A stretch of 64,000 bases of DNA, taken from IMG/VR virus record IMGVR_UViG_3300012931_000667, positions 13,901-77,900 of that record. One strand, written 5' to 3'. This document shows positions 12,101-24,235 of this stretch, piece by piece. Made by a program: the position numbers and the translations under genes. Origin of the DNA: a virus. The notes beneath the pieces were generated by a model, which saw only the letters and a program-made list of their open reading frames with translations, did not search any database and was not told the origin of the DNA. Every line of letters begins with the position of its first letter. The stretch's first letter is position 1.

Positions 12101-13933
12101 GGCTGATACTATCATATAAAATTACTTTTTCATTATCAGGAGCATATTGTTTTTTTTCTTCTTCTGTCCAATCAAACTTAATCATTTATTTCTTCTCCTT
12201 TTTTACAATTTCAATCTTATTAATAACAGATATGTCATAAACATCATAAAAGGTATTATCCTTACCCCACCACCAAGCAGTAGCTTTTTCATCTGCTAAA
12301 TACTCTGATTTTGCTTTAATAAAAATTGAACTAATAAAATCTTGTGTGTCATGTCTATAAAAAGATACCTTATACTCATATCCAAAAATTCTATGGTAAA
12401 TTAACTTAAAAAACTGTGTAGGATGCTTTGTATATTTCTTAATCTCATTCTTTATAATTATATATTTATAATTTACTTCTTTTCTTTCTACAGCATACAC
12501 AAACCATAACCATTTAAATACATACTGTCCTCTATCAGGACTCCATGACATACATGGCATATAATGAGGAAAGATATAGAATTTGCCATTAGGGTAAAAC
12601 CTAAATTTAATTTCATTATTACCAGGACGATTATCAAATTTAATCTTCATGTTCTTCCTCTTTTAAGGTAGTCAATAGTAAATTACAAGCTTCATCATCA
12701 GTAAGAACTAATTGATTATATTCTTTCATATCTTCAAAAGGTACAGGTTCTCTTATTTTTTTAATTAATTTCATTGCTTTGTTTCTATTCATCTATTTTC
12801 CTTTGACTACTATTACATTATGGGTATAATCATAAATAACATCTATTACCTCTGTAGCAGGAGTATAACCCATGAATACTTTTTCTCCTATATGAGGAAT
12901 ATATGAAGGATTTTCTATTACTCTTGCTTTTCTAGTATCACTATCAATAGGAAGGGATAATAAAACATCTATATCATCATAGTATACATCAAGTAAAATC
13001 ATTGTCATTTGATACTCCTTAATCATCACTCATTTGAACACAATTACAATTAGGACAAGCAAGTAAAGCTACTCTATGTTCTCCCCCATGATAGCTACTA
13101 TTATCTACTAAAAAAGTTCCATTAATATGTATAAATTTTTTCTTATGATCCTGCATATTACTAATTTTTAAAGCTAATACATTATCATCTTTTTCTTCCC
13201 AATCATGAACATAAAAATAATGGCAAACAGGACAAGTAGTCATATATTTCTCCTATATTTTCTTTAATTCTACATACTTCTTTAGTACTTCTACTATATT
13301 TTTAGGATTACTAAAACCAGCTTGAACCATTTCCAATGATATTGATTCAAATTTCTTTATTTGCTTATATTGAATTAATGAAGCTTTTAATGCAGGAAGA
13401 AAGTCTATGTAGTCTTCTTCTTTTCCAGTATACATCATTATAGGTCGAATATCCATCATTTTGTCAAGAGGATTATTAGTAGTTACCATAGATAAATCAA
13501 TTCCCATTTTTTCAGCTTTTGATCTACGTCTACCCTCTTGCATAGCCTTTTTTTGTGCTTCAGATACTATCCTCCCCTTTCGCTTATCAGCTTTAGGAAG
13601 AGTAGGAGCATTAGGCATAGTAATTGTTTGAATTATAGATTCAGTATGGTATTCTAATACAGATACTTTGGGCTTATTTTTGCTTCCTTTAGGTCTTAAC
13701 ATTTAATTCTCCTTATGTACTGTCATTAGTATATACTTAGGACCATCATGACTATGATCAGCAAAGAAAGCATAAGCTTTTCTATTACCAATATCATTTT
13801 CCATTTTTGCCATTTGTCGTAGTCCTGATGGATATGAAGCACAAAGTAGTTTAGGGTATAGATTTCTTTTTTTAGCATCAGTAAGAAAGGAATAAAGTAC
13901 ATCAATGTTGTTAGTAAAAATCATACCATTCAT
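6114..13933 (-). other. cluster of ~25 small hypothetical phage ORFs, likely early/accessory region
   Basis: Dense co-oriented short ORFs with AGGA/GGAG ribosome-binding sites. Some carry CxxC pairs (7099-7356, 13019-13243); 13253-13702 starts with an AT-hook-like RPKGSKNK. Confidence 0.7.
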
Positions 13934-13964
13934 TTAAATCTTCTCCCTCTCATTTTGTTATATC

Positions 13965-13993
13965 ATAGTACACTACGACTAATAATATGTCAA
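13965..13993 (-). promoter_or_regulatory. sigma70-type promoter heading the small-ORF cluster
   Basis: TTGACA (13993-13988), 17 nt spacer, TACTAT (13970-13965), then GGGAG SD and ATG at 13933. Confidence 0.7.
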
Positions 13994-14221
13994 TATATAA
14001 ATAAAAGTATTTTGATTATATTAAATGGAGATTTTAGATTTATACATTGTATATTTAATCAAATAGTCTTGTTTGATAAACACCAGGGGATACCTCTTGA
14101 AGTTTAGTACCTGGCATTTTAGATAACCTATCTTTTTCAATTTCAAATTCTTGTTCTGTTAATCGTCTACCATTAACAATATATACCTTATTAACATTAG
14201 TATTTTGTACTGTATCACTCA

Positions 14222-14785
14222 TTATAATTTACCCTCTTTATAAAGATTTTCACTAAGTATACTTTGTAGTCTATAATAAGACATTAAAAAAATTAAATCA
14301 TAGTTAGTTTCATAATCAATAATGTTTTTCATTTCTTCCAATGTCATTAATATAGATTCAGATTTTTCCTCATAAATAGTACCATCTCCAGTAGGTTTAC
14401 CAATATCATAAGAGGTAAGACCTAAAATATATAAATTACATCTTATATTACTATTCTTCCATATAGGTAATTCTTTTTCTTTTATATACCATTCTAAATC
14501 AAAGTCATAAATACCACTTTCTTCTTGAATTTCTCGCATCAACCCATCTTCTATACTTTCATTTTCCTCCACCATTCCTGATAATAAGGTAAAATATTTT
14601 TTAACTTCATTATCTTTACAAAAATAAGGAGGACATAATTCAGAACGTACTATAATTTTATTCTCATTTATAAGATAAGGTAATACTATTACTTCTGAAC
14701 CTTCATTTAAAATTTCATAGGGATATTGTATAGGAGAAATAATTGAAAGAAACTTTCCTTTCCATAGTTGTTTAAATGGTATCAT
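14222..14785 (-). CDS. Nudix hydrolase (ADP-ribose pyrophosphatase-like)
   Basis: Nudix box GMVEENESIEDGLMREIQEESG. Confidence 0.85.
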   Translation of the reverse strand: MIPFKQLWKGKFLSIISPIQYPYEILNEGSEVIVLPYLINENKIIVRSELCPPYFCKDNEVKKYFTLLSGMVEENESIEDGLMREIQEESGIYDFDLEWYIKEKELPIWKNSNIRCNLYILGLTSYDIGKPTGDGTIYEEKSESILMTLEEMKNIIDYETNYDLIFLMSYYRLQSILSENLYKEGKL

Positions 14786-14811
14786 TCTATTTCTCCTAAT
14801 TAAATAGTTAT

Positions 14812-15846
14812 TTATACATAAAATTGTAATATTTCTTCAATAAATTTTTCTTCCCAATAAGGAATTCTAATTAAGTTAATATTATTATTTTTACAATATT
14901 CATTTTTAGTACTATCCCTTTTTTTAATGAGAATAAGATTTTCTTCCCATCCAAATAAATTAATAGCTTCATAGTGCTGTCTACCATCAAATTCTATTAA
15001 ATACTTTAACTTAACTTTTTCTTTATCTTCAAAAATAGCAAAATCAAAGAATAAGGAATAAACATATTTACAATCCTTAATTTTATATTCCTTAATATAA
15101 AAAATATCATTTTTATTTAGATATTGGGTTATTAAAGTTGCTCCTTTTGATTCTTTTCTATTACTAGTACAAATAGAGCATCCAGAATTAAGAATTACCC
15201 TTGTTTTTATACTTGTATACCACTCATGACCACATTCTTTATTTTTCCACCATGCTTTTTTATCAGTTTTAGGATAAATTCTTTTAGGATCAAGACCTAA
15301 TTTATTATTTTTTTCATAATCCCATTCTAATAATAATTCTGGATACTTAAAATATAGAGATTTTTCAATATTATTACAAATAGAATTAGATTTACCAATT
15401 TGTATCATTCCACAATCATAACATTGATGTAACTGTATTTTCTTATTCCTTAGTCTTCCACTTAAAATTTCAAATTCTTTTCCACAATCACATCTAACAA
15501 GATAAATACATTCCTGTCTTTTAGAATCAACTCCTATTTTTTTTAAAACTAATAATTTATCAAATTTCTGTCCAACTAAATCTTTTTGATATGCTTTACC
15601 CATATTTATATAACTACATTTTTTACAACCTTCTCCTAATAAATCTTTAGAAACACTATGCCAGAAATTTCCATGTAAAAAACAAGTGTATTCTACTAAA
15701 GTTTTAGTAGTATTATATGTTTCATTAAATAATCCTATAACTCCTTTTTCATTTTTATATCTTCCAGTTAAAATAATAGGATTTTCTTTATTTTTCCAAA
15801 TTTCATTATGTCTAAAAATAATTTCTTGTTCTGTTAATTTTCTCAT
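14812..15846 (-). CDS. Zn-ribbon + PD-(D/E)xK/Vsr-like endonuclease, probable free-standing homing endonuclease
   Basis: Repeated Cys/His modules (CFLHG, CKKC, CDCG, CGHEW, CSIC); C-terminal FDFAI...IEFDGRQH...D..KNEYC..NNI.LIRIPYW. Confidence 0.8.
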   Translation of the reverse strand: MRKLTEQEIIFRHNEIWKNKENPIILTGRYKNEKGVIGLFNETYNTTKTLVEYTCFLHGNFWHSVSKDLLGEGCKKCSYINMGKAYQKDLVGQKFDKLLVLKKIGVDSKRQECIYLVRCDCGKEFEILSGRLRNKKIQLHQCYDCGMIQIGKSNSICNNIEKSLYFKYPELLLEWDYEKNNKLGLDPKRIYPKTDKKAWWKNKECGHEWYTSIKTRVILNSGCSICTSNRKESKGATLITQYLNKNDIFYIKEYKIKDCKYVYSLFFDFAIFEDKEKVKLKYLIEFDGRQHYEAINLFGWEENLILIKKRDSTKNEYCKNNNINLIRIPYWEEKFIEEILQFYV

Positions 15847-15864
15847 AATAAATTAAAATGGTTA

Positions 15865-16742
15865 TTACCCTATTTTTTCAGCAAAATTTAAATCTATACT
15901 CATTCTCATACTTACTGAAGGTATTAATTGTAATGAATATGTATAATTAGGAGGAAATATAAAATATGATATTTCTGCTCCTGTAGTTCCTGTAGAAAAT
16001 TGACCAGGATTTGTACCATAATTTATTAGTCTATCTCTCATTAATGTTTGATATCCAGAAGTACTAATAGTATTTCCTGTATAGAATTTTGATCTAAAAG
16101 TATAACCATTAGTATTATATCTATTATAATTTATAGGATTGACTATTGTTCCTGAAACAGTTATTACAGGTCTCTCTTTTAATAAATATTGTACTTGACC
16201 TTGAGTTTCTATTACAACCCAAGCTAACATTACACAATCATTAATAGAAACTAATAAATTTAATTCAGTACCTTGAGTAGCTTGTAATGAAATAAATCCA
16301 TAATATCCATTATTTCTAAAAAATTCATCTGGTGATTCAAAAATAGGCATATTAGATTTAATATCAATAGGGATATCATCAAAAGCTCCCATTATTTATT
16401 ACCTCTTAAATATACTGTAACAGTACCAGAACTTGATATACTACTAAATTTCATTAAATTACAAGGTATAATTTTTGTACTAATACTAAAGTTAATACCT
16501 GAAAAAACTAATGGTCCAATGTGGATATATTCAAAGTGAATACCAGAAATAGTGTTAGTTACATCATTTATATATTTTTGTGAATTATTACTTAATTGAA
16601 TCTGATAAATAGGATTACCACTTATTACAGTTTGTATTGATATAGAAGAGAAATTACCACTTACTCCTAGTATTTTAGTTCCACTAGGAGTAAGAGTAAA
16701 TTGATAATTAGAACCTAAATACTCATCATAGAGTATAGACAT
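15865..16742 (-). CDS. two hypothetical proteins (15865-16392, 16392-16742), possibly virion-associated
   Basis: Ser/Gly/Thr/Asn-rich, Lys-poor, ISG repeats; overlapping stop/start. Confidence 0.4.
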
Positions 16743-16772
16743 ATATAAATAGTTACTCTTTATAAATAAATA

Positions 16773-17267
16773 TCACTTTTTTACTTTTTTTATTTTTGAC
16801 CATCTATCATTTTCTTTTTTAATATAAAAAGTAAAATTAGTATAAGGTAAAGAAAAGAAATCTTCTTCTATCTTTTTTCCATTTTCATCTTCATCAGAAT
16901 ATTTAGTTGGTTTTTTTATTATTTCACCTTTTGTTAATATTTCCTTCATGTCAATTGTAGCTAATGATGAGAAATCATGATTAAACATAATAAAAATACT
17001 AGACATACTTTCATGTTTTCTATAAGGAATATGAATAGTATCCCAACATTCTTTTTTCCATTTAGGTTCATCCCATACGAATTTTACTTCTACTTCAACT
17101 AAAATTTTATTTCCATTGGGATCAATAGAATAAAAATCACCTTTTTTATATAATTCTTTGTCTGACAATACTGATTTATATCCTAATTGATTAAGAAACT
17201 TAATAGCTTCAATTTTTGATATTTTATCTGATTGATTATAAGTCTCTCGTGAAAATGTTTTATTCAT
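16773..17267 (-). CDS. PD-(D/E)xK-family nuclease-like protein
   Basis: GDF...ILVEVEVK motif; TIHIPYRK. Confidence 0.5.
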   Translation of the reverse strand: MNKTFSRETYNQSDKISKIEAIKFLNQLGYKSVLSDKELYKKGDFYSIDPNGNKILVEVEVKFVWDEPKWKKECWDTIHIPYRKHESMSSIFIMFNHDFSSLATIDMKEILTKGEIIKKPTKYSDEDENGKKIEEDFFSLPYTNFTFYIKKENDRWSKIKKVKK

Positions 17268-17268
17268 A

Positions 17269-20200
17269 TTAATCTATAGCTTTAAATTGTCTACGAGGGA
17301 ACTCCCAATTTCTACGAGTAATATTCCATCCACTTATCTTTGTATAAAAGCCAACAACACGAGTTAAATAATCAGTAATTTCTTTTCCACAAATGGGACA
17401 TATCTTTTGTTTACCAAAAGAACTATGACCATCTACACATTCACTATATACAGAATTCAAAGCAAAAAGTTCACATCCAGATTTAATAGCATAATCTATT
17501 ATTTTTTTATTTTGAGTAGTAGTAGTTTTTTCTCCTAAATTAAAGAAACAAATAGAACCACCTGTATATAATTTTTGATATTTACCATCTATTTCCATTC
17601 TTTCCCATATTGATTTATCTTCCCATAAAGGAATAAATTGATTAGAATATAATTCATAAGGTACACAACTTTCACCATAAATTAATTTATCAATTTGTGT
17701 TAATCTTATCGCCATAGTTTCACCAGGAACTTGTTCTATATTAAATGGTGTTTTTAATTCATTAGTCCAATAAGAAGCTTTATCATTAAGAAGTTTTAAT
17801 GATTCCTCAATTAAATCTTTATTAAAATCACCAAATTTTTTAAGCATTGTTTCTTTTGTTTCAGTTAATCCAATAATACCATAAGTAGAAAACATTTTTT
17901 TTAATTGAATCCAACCTAAAGTCATTAATGGTTGCATTCCTTTATCAATAGTATCTTGTAACATCTTTCTATGAGAATAAAGTATTTTAGTAGCATCATC
18001 TATTCTTTCTGATAATATTTTAAAAAATGAATCATAATCAGTAGCTTCAAGAGCTATACGATTAAAATTAATTAATACTACTCTATGAGAACCTAAACTA
18101 ATAGCACTCCCACCAAAAGAATTTGATAGTCCTCCTAAATTAAACATATCAGCATCACTTAATAATCGACAATTATGTGTTATTACTCCATTAGGTAAAG
18201 TAAAATAAGGTTCTTCTTTATTTCTCATTTCAAAACAATATACACTTTCTTTATTATATTCTTTTATTTCTTCAATAGAGTTTATTTTAAAATAAATATT
18301 TCCATTTCTAAAAATATATACATTTTCTTGTTTTCTTTTTGATTTTCTATCATACCACCTAATAGAATAAGATGGATAATTTCTATTATAGAAATTATCT
18401 CTAATAAATACTTTTTCATTTGTTCTATCTACACAATCAATACAAGAAACTTTACCTAATGAAGTTAATAAAGTTTCCATATTAGAAATTAATTTTTTAG
18501 AAGAAGAATAAATTCTATTAGAGTTTCCACCATCTGTTAAATATAATCCTTTTAGGATACCCTTTCTAAAGTCTTTAGATTCTAGTAGACATTCAAGATT
18601 TAATTCTTTTTCATAAGAATAATTACCATATACCCAATATTTTATAAAATTATATAAATTAATATCATGAATACAAACATTATAACAATTATTTTTTAAT
18701 TCATTTTTATAAATATTTTTATTAATCCCCAATTGTTTAAGAGCAATTTCAAATATAGGAATTAACTCTTTATCTTTTTTAAGATTTAAAGAAAAACAAA
18801 TAATAGTTCCATTATTATCCTTATTTTTATAAGAACTTCCATCTCCTAAATAAGAACCTATTAAAATTCCTTGTTCATAAGTTAAAATACTTTTTTTATT
18901 ATATCTACCAGGAGTAGACTCATTTAATAGATTATTATTAAATAGTAAGTAATCATCCTCTGTTAATTCACATACTTTTTTATCTTTTTCTAATGTTAGA
19001 AAAATATGGTCTTCAGTTACAATCATTTCTTTTTTATTAGATGTGATAATTTTATACATTTTCTTATTTTCTCTATTAACTTTTATAGGATTTCCAAATA
19101 ACCAATTTCCATTATGAAAAATTCTTAAATTTATTCCATTTTTAGGCATTTCATATACTTCTTTTAATTTTTTTTCTTCTACTCCATTAGTACTATAAAT
19201 TAATACTTTTGTATCTTCATCAAAACAGCAAGAACTTATTTTATTACCTTCAGAAACATAAGTATGATATCTATAAACATCATGTTTACAATACTCTTTT
19301 TCAAAATCTTTATCTACTACATCAATTACACCATTAATATTTTTACGAGAAAGGTTAACTGTTGATACAGGAAAAGTATAAGGCTTTCCATTAGATAGAG
19401 GATCACCTTTATCAAAAAAATCCATATATAATTTTTCAAGATAAATAATATATTCAATAATGTAATTAATGTCTATTTTTTCAAAATACCAACCCATATT
19501 ATCTTTAGCTAATAAATTTTTAAGTTTTTCTCTATCAAATAAAGAGATATTGGTAAAAGGACTTTCAATATTATTTCTTGACATAGGATTATTAACACTA
19601 TGTACAAAAGTTTGATAGCAATTAATAATATATTTTTGTAATTCTTTAGATTCTTGTAATTGTTCTAAAGTAACTTTTTCTCGATAATAAAGAACATGGC
19701 AAATATCAAAAAAGAAAGTACCTATAGCGATAGCCCCTGCTAATTGAGAAGACATTTGATGAATAATTTCTTTTAAAGAATCAATATAACTAGAAACTCT
19801 ATGAGGAGGATTAGATTTTAATTGCCCAAAAGGAACCCCTTGAATAACAATTTTTGATGCATCAAAAGCCCAACAATAAGGTAATAATAGTTTACCACTA
19901 TCATGAATAGCTAAAGACATATCATACATTTCACCAGTTAATTTTTTAGCTTCTTTTTTACCATATAAATCTTTAATTTTTCTATATAAAGCTCTATACC
20001 CTACCATTTTATATAAAGGAATTGATGATTCATATTGTAATCCAGCTAATGTTTTTCCACTTTTATTAGCATTAGTATCTAAAGAAGTATCTGCTAAATT
20101 ACTATTTGTTAATAACTCAATATTATTTATAAAGTCAAAATTATCTTTACTTAACCCATGCATTTTTAATATTTTTTCTGTAATATCATCATTCACAATT

Positions 20201-20280
20201 CCATACTTTTTATATAAAGAATAATTTAAAGTATTCTTTACTCTTTTAACTGAAGCATTAATACCAGAGTCTTCAAACAT
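17269..20280 (-). CDS. nrdD: anaerobic (class III) ribonucleotide reductase, intein-containing
   Basis: IHD, PYC, ESPFTNIS, FPVST, SSC/CRL, EQVPGE, CxxC and YLTRVVGFY glycyl-radical motif. Start taken at MFEDSG (20280), right after nrdG. Confidence 0.95.
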   Translation of the reverse strand: MFEDSGINASVKRVKNTLNYSLYKKYGIVNDDITEKILKMHGLSKDNFDFINNIELLTNSNLADTSLDTNANKSGKTLAGLQYESSIPLYKMVGYRALYRKIKDLYGKKEAKKLTGEMYDMSLAIHDSGKLLLPYCWAFDASKIVIQGVPFGQLKSNPPHRVSSYIDSLKEIIHQMSSQLAGAIAIGTFFFDICHVLYYREKVTLEQLQESKELQKYIINCYQTFVHSVNNPMSRNNIESPFTNISLFDREKLKNLLAKDNMGWYFEKIDINYIIEYIIYLEKLYMDFFDKGDPLSNGKPYTFPVSTVNLSRKNINGVIDVVDKDFEKEYCKHDVYRYHTYVSEGNKISSCCFDEDTKVLIYSTNGVEEKKLKEVYEMPKNGINLRIFHNGNWLFGNPIKVNRENKKMYKIITSNKKEMIVTEDHIFLTLEKDKKVCELTEDDYLLFNNNLLNESTPGRYNKKSILTYEQGILIGSYLGDGSSYKNKDNNGTIICFSLNLKKDKELIPIFEIALKQLGINKNIYKNELKNNCYNVCIHDINLYNFIKYWVYGNYSYEKELNLECLLESKDFRKGILKGLYLTDGGNSNRIYSSSKKLISNMETLLTSLGKVSCIDCVDRTNEKVFIRDNFYNRNYPSYSIRWYDRKSKRKQENVYIFRNGNIYFKINSIEEIKEYNKESVYCFEMRNKEEPYFTLPNGVITHNCRLLSDADMFNLGGLSNSFGGSAISLGSHRVVLINFNRIALEATDYDSFFKILSERIDDATKILYSHRKMLQDTIDKGMQPLMTLGWIQLKKMFSTYGIIGLTETKETMLKKFGDFNKDLIEESLKLLNDKASYWTNELKTPFNIEQVPGETMAIRLTQIDKLIYGESCVPYELYSNQFIPLWEDKSIWERMEIDGKYQKLYTGGSICFFNLGEKTTTTQNKKIIDYAIKSGCELFALNSVYSECVDGHSSFGKQKICPICGKEITDYLTRVVGFYTKISGWNITRRNWEFPRRQFKAID
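18172..19227 (-). mobile_element. intein (~352 aa) with LAGLIDADG endonuclease in NrdD
   Basis: Starts CFDEDTKV, ends VYCFEM...LPNGVITHN followed by Cys+1. LAGLIDADG blocks LIGSYLGDGS and LKGLYLTDGG. Removal restores SSCCRL. Confidence 0.95.
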
Positions 20281-20281
20281 A

Positions 20282-20845
20282 CTATTCGTTTTCTCCCTTG
20301 AATGTATAATAGTTATCAATCGATATTTGATTAAAATTAGAATCATATAACTTTTGATTTTTAGATGCAAAAATTAATTGATTATTTACTTTACCCATAC
20401 TATTATCTTTTAATTCCTCTATATATTTTCCACATTTATAAAATTGTGCTCCATATATTCCCATATCCATAACTTCATTAATTAAATATCCAGTATAAAT
20501 ACATATATCAAACTTTTTATTACTAAAATTAATGTTTAATAAACTTTTTATAAAATTTCTATTATCAATAAATAAAGGATCACCACCTTCAAATACTATT
20601 TTATTTGTATGTTGTTTGTTACATTCCCTTTCTAAAGCAAACCAAAAATCATAATAATCATAATCTTGATCATTTAAATCAATAATTATATCTTTACTTT
20701 GTTCACAACTATAATTATAATTTTGAAATTCTTTATTATGACAATTTTTACAATTATGCTCACATCCTAATGTATAAACTACAACAGCATTGTCTTGTGA
20801 AGGATAATCTTGCCAAGAAACAGAAAAGGGATAAACTACTTTCAT
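20282..20845 (-). CDS. nrdG: class III RNR activating enzyme (radical SAM)
   Basis: GCEHNCKNCHN, FEGGDPL, YTGY, KCGKY, ASKNQ; adjacent to nrdD. Likely start MKVVYPF. Confidence 0.92.
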   Translation of the reverse strand: MKVVYPFSVSWQDYPSQDNAVVVYTLGCEHNCKNCHNKEFQNYNYSCEQSKDIIIDLNDQDYDYYDFWFALERECNKQHTNKIVFEGGDPLFIDNRNFIKSLLNINFSNKKFDICIYTGYLINEVMDMGIYGAQFYKCGKYIEELKDNSMGKVNNQLIFASKNQKLYDSNFNQISIDNYYTFKGENE

Positions 20846-21088
20846 TCTATTATTGGTTTCCCATCTATATCTTGTAGTATTAATGCATTGATACAAAAAT
20901 TAGTATAAACATCATTACCTATATAAGCTAATGGAAATTTCTGATTTTCTTTAAATTCTATTTTTTGTAATAGTCCTGATTCATAATAATTTGGCTACTT
21001 GTTAATATTTTGTATGATACTTTTTTACCTATAAAAGATTCTAATTTCTTTAATTCTTCTTCAAACATAATATTCCTTTTTATTATTT

Positions 21089-21117
21089 AGTGTATCAGAT
21101 AATAGTAGTAATGTCAA
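21089..21117 (-). promoter_or_regulatory. sigma70-type promoter upstream of the nrdG/nrdD unit
   Basis: TTGACA (21117-21112), 17 nt spacer, TGa-TACACT (21094-21089). Confidence 0.65.
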
Positions 21118-23196
21118 CTAACTGTTAACTATTAAATTAAATTTACTGCTTATTTCCTCTAATGCTGATTTATATCCACCTTTATCATTTTTAATAATTT
21201 CTTTTTCCTCATTATATACAAAATCCGCATTGTCTGTAGCAAAAGAATCTGCTAAAGCAATACTAGCTACTACAGCATCAGATAAGTCTTTACCAAAATA
21301 TCCACATTGAGAAGTTTCCCAATTTTCATTTAGTAAATCAATCCATTCCCCTTGAACATGGTCTACTTTAAATTTTCCTGATTTAGGTGTTTTACTATTA
21401 ACTAAAGATTTTAAATTATTTTTCATTACTAAGTTTTTACCCATTTTAACTCTTCCAGTTTGTAAGTAAGATACAAAAGACATGTAAGGTTCAGGTGAAC
21501 GATCTACAGAGAAGTCTATAACATCAATATCATGTCTAATTAATGATTGTTTAGCTGAAGAGGATTGATATTGATCAAAACTAACTTTTTTAATATTAAT
21601 ATTCCCATATTTTACTAAATCTAATATTAAAAATTTAAATGCATCTAGGTTTATATCCTCTTTAGTTCTATAAATAGCTAATGAAAAATCTACAATATAT
21701 ACTTTTTCATTTTTTAGATTACGTTCTATATGTGACATAGCAAAAGCCGCCATATCATGTTTTTCTGCTAAGTCTATTGATATAAATCTTTCAATTTTAG
21801 GATTACGATAGAAATCATAGTGATTCCCTTGACCTGAATAAATAAAGAATTTTTTCTTTACTATATCCCATAGTAATCCTTCAGGAGGTAATGATACAGG
21901 AGCATGTTCATACATATAAAAATTCTTTAATGATAGTGTAAACATGCTCTCTATTAAATCTATATTTGATATGAATTTAGCATCTGTTCCTGATGGTCTA
22001 CCACCATAATCTTTTATTACTTTTGATAATCCATCAATAGCTAATTGTTTTATATCAATAGGAAAATCTAATACTTCTTCATTTTTGTATAAATCAGAAT
22101 TTAATGATTCTTCTTTATCTATTATTCTAGGTGCTTTAGAAGAATTACCTAAATAAACTGAAAAAGTTTCTCCAGTTTTCTCCCAGATTGGAAACAAATT
22201 GGGTTGTAATCCCCATTTACTTCCCATTAACCTTAATACACTAGGATCTTTTATACTATCATAATAAATATATCTATCTACAGGATTATTTAAATCATTA
22301 GGAGAACTATCTATTATTGTTCTAGCTAAATAATGATTACTAAACCTAGAATAAACACGCCCTTTAGCATCAGTTAATAACCTCATAGCAGTTTCAGATT
22401 TCATTCCTTTTTCTTGCATAAAGGCTAACTCTACTAAAGCACAATTAATCATATTTAATCCTAACATATTAGAAGGTTCACTAATAACATGAAAGTGTAA
22501 ATCACCTACTCTAAATATAGCATTACCTTGTGTAGCAGTTGTATAATATATTGTATCTAAGTCTTCTTTTACTTTTCTTAATAATTGATCTTCTTTTGTA
22601 CATCTATAAAATTTAGTACTAGTACTCATAGTATTCATTAATGGTTTAATTGTTAAATCTATTGCCATATCTTGTGTTAATGATACTACTCCAGTAACAA
22701 TATAAGTAGCGGCAGAAAGTTTAAAAAATTGTTTATAATCTCGTAGATAGTAAACTATAGTAGATACATATAATAATATTAATGAACATAACAAACTTTT
22801 TCCTGTACCAATAGGATAATATAAAGCTAAATTTCTATATAAAGAGTTAGGATTAAAAAAATCTAAGAATGCTTTTTTAATATGTGGATATAAACTATCA
22901 GCAGTTGGACCTATCCAATAATCAGTTAGGAACTCTTCTGGTGACGGAGGTTTACGAGTATAATTAACTTTCCACATATTATTAATGTAATCAGCTTTTT
23001 TATCATCACATACTTTTTCATCTAATAATATTATTTTAAAAGCTTCATTTAAACTTTCAATTTCTGATTTTGAAAATATTTCAGACTTTAATATACCCTT
23101 TAAATAATCTTTCTCTTTAGAATCCTCAAAATTAGGATGATTTAATACATCCTTTTCCATATCAATTAAATTTTTAAATTCTCTAGTATCCATCAC
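21118..23196 (-). CDS. terminase large subunit
   Basis: Walker A YPIGTGKS; ALVE Walker-B-like; coupling motif DSS; RNase H-like nuclease ISIDLAEKHD, SFDQYQS, KDLSDAV. Confidence 0.85.
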   Translation of the reverse strand: MMDTREFKNLIDMEKDVLNHPNFEDSKEKDYLKGILKSEIFSKSEIESLNEAFKIILLDEKVCDDKKADYINNMWKVNYTRKPPSPEEFLTDYWIGPTADSLYPHIKKAFLDFFNPNSLYRNLALYYPIGTGKSLLCSLILLYVSTIVYYLRDYKQFFKLSAATYIVTGVVSLTQDMAIDLTIKPLMNTMSTSTKFYRCTKEDQLLRKVKEDLDTIYYTTATQGNAIFRVGDLHFHVISEPSNMLGLNMINCALVELAFMQEKGMKSETAMRLLTDAKGRVYSRFSNHYLARTIIDSSPNDLNNPVDRYIYYDSIKDPSVLRLMGSKWGLQPNLFPIWEKTGETFSVYLGNSSKAPRIIDKEESLNSDLYKNEEVLDFPIDIKQLAIDGLSKVIKDYGGRPSGTDAKFISNIDLIESMFTLSLKNFYMYEHAPVSLPPEGLLWDIVKKKFFIYSGQGNHYDFYRNPKIERFISIDLAEKHDMAAFAMSHIERNLKNEKVYIVDFSLAIYRTKEDINLDAFKFLILDLVKYGNINIKKVSFDQYQSSSAKQSLIRHDIDVIDFSVDRSPEPYMSFVSYLQTGRVKMGKNLVMKNNLKSLVNSKTPKSGKFKVDHVQGEWIDLLNENWETSQCGYFGKDLSDAVVASIALADSFATDNADFVYNEEKEIIKNDKGGYKSALEEISSKFNLIVNS

Positions 23197-23258
23197 TATC
23201 CTTATAAATTAAAAATACTACTACTTAAATAGTAGAATTAATAATTATTTTATTACTA

Positions 23259-24192
23259 TTAAAAATGTCCTTGCATAACTACAAAATAATCATCCATTTT
23301 ATCAGCTTCAAATTCACCATTTATTTGATTATCACTTATTAGTCTTGCCCAATCAAAATAACCTTCACCATTAACTTTTTCTAATTGTTTCTTTAAATCA
23401 GGAAAAAAGTTATCTGCATATTCCTCTACCCATGTTTCAGGATAATTATTACCATAATTACCTATTAACCAATTATCTCTTTTAGCATCATACACTTCTA
23501 CATTATCAATATAGTCATTAATATTAGTTCCTGAACCAGCATTTTCAATAATAAACCCTGCTTTAATACCAAATTCATCATCAGCAAAAACTTTATCAAT
23601 AATTTTTTTATCTAATAGTCCTTTTTTATCAGTAAGAATATCTTTCCAATTAATATTACCAGGGGATTCTATACCCTCTACCCATATATCATCAATCCAT
23701 ATTTCTCCTACATCAATTTGTTGTTTACGAATATCTTCCCATGCAGAATCAAAAATAGCATCTAAATCATTAGAATTCTTTTCATCTACATATTGAGTAG
23801 ATGAACCTATAGAAGATACATACATTACTACTATTTTCTTTTTACTTGACATTAATATAAACTCCTACTTACTTAGCAAAATTAGGACTACGATTAGTAA
23901 TAAACCTCTTTAATTCATCAATTGTAGGTATTTTCCAATCTTTATTATATTGAGATTTAATGTAATCTTCAGCATCTTTTTTTACTTCTAATGGATTAGT
24001 TACCCCATCAAAAAATCCATTATTTTCAGCTTGAACCATTAATGGATTAATCATTTTAGATACCTCTTCTACAGACATGCATTGTCCAGTTTCTTTATTA
24101 ATAAGATGCTTAGGATCATCTTGTTCTAATAGATAATTAATACCTTTTTTAATCTTATAATTTTCAATATAGTACTCTTTTGTTGTTTCCAT
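23259..24192 (-). CDS. two hypothetical proteins (23259-23852, 23869-24192)
   Basis: ORFs with SD sites; no clear motifs. Confidence 0.55.
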
Positions 24193-24235
24193 AAAATATC
24201 CTACTTAAATAGTTAAAAAAATATAAAAAGAAAGA

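Noticed and set aside
20281-20370. N-terminal extension of NrdD given in the ORF track (also NrdG to 20896, helicase from 42491, SSB to 27055)
   Set aside because: These overlap neighbouring genes or lack an SD; downstream starts fit better.
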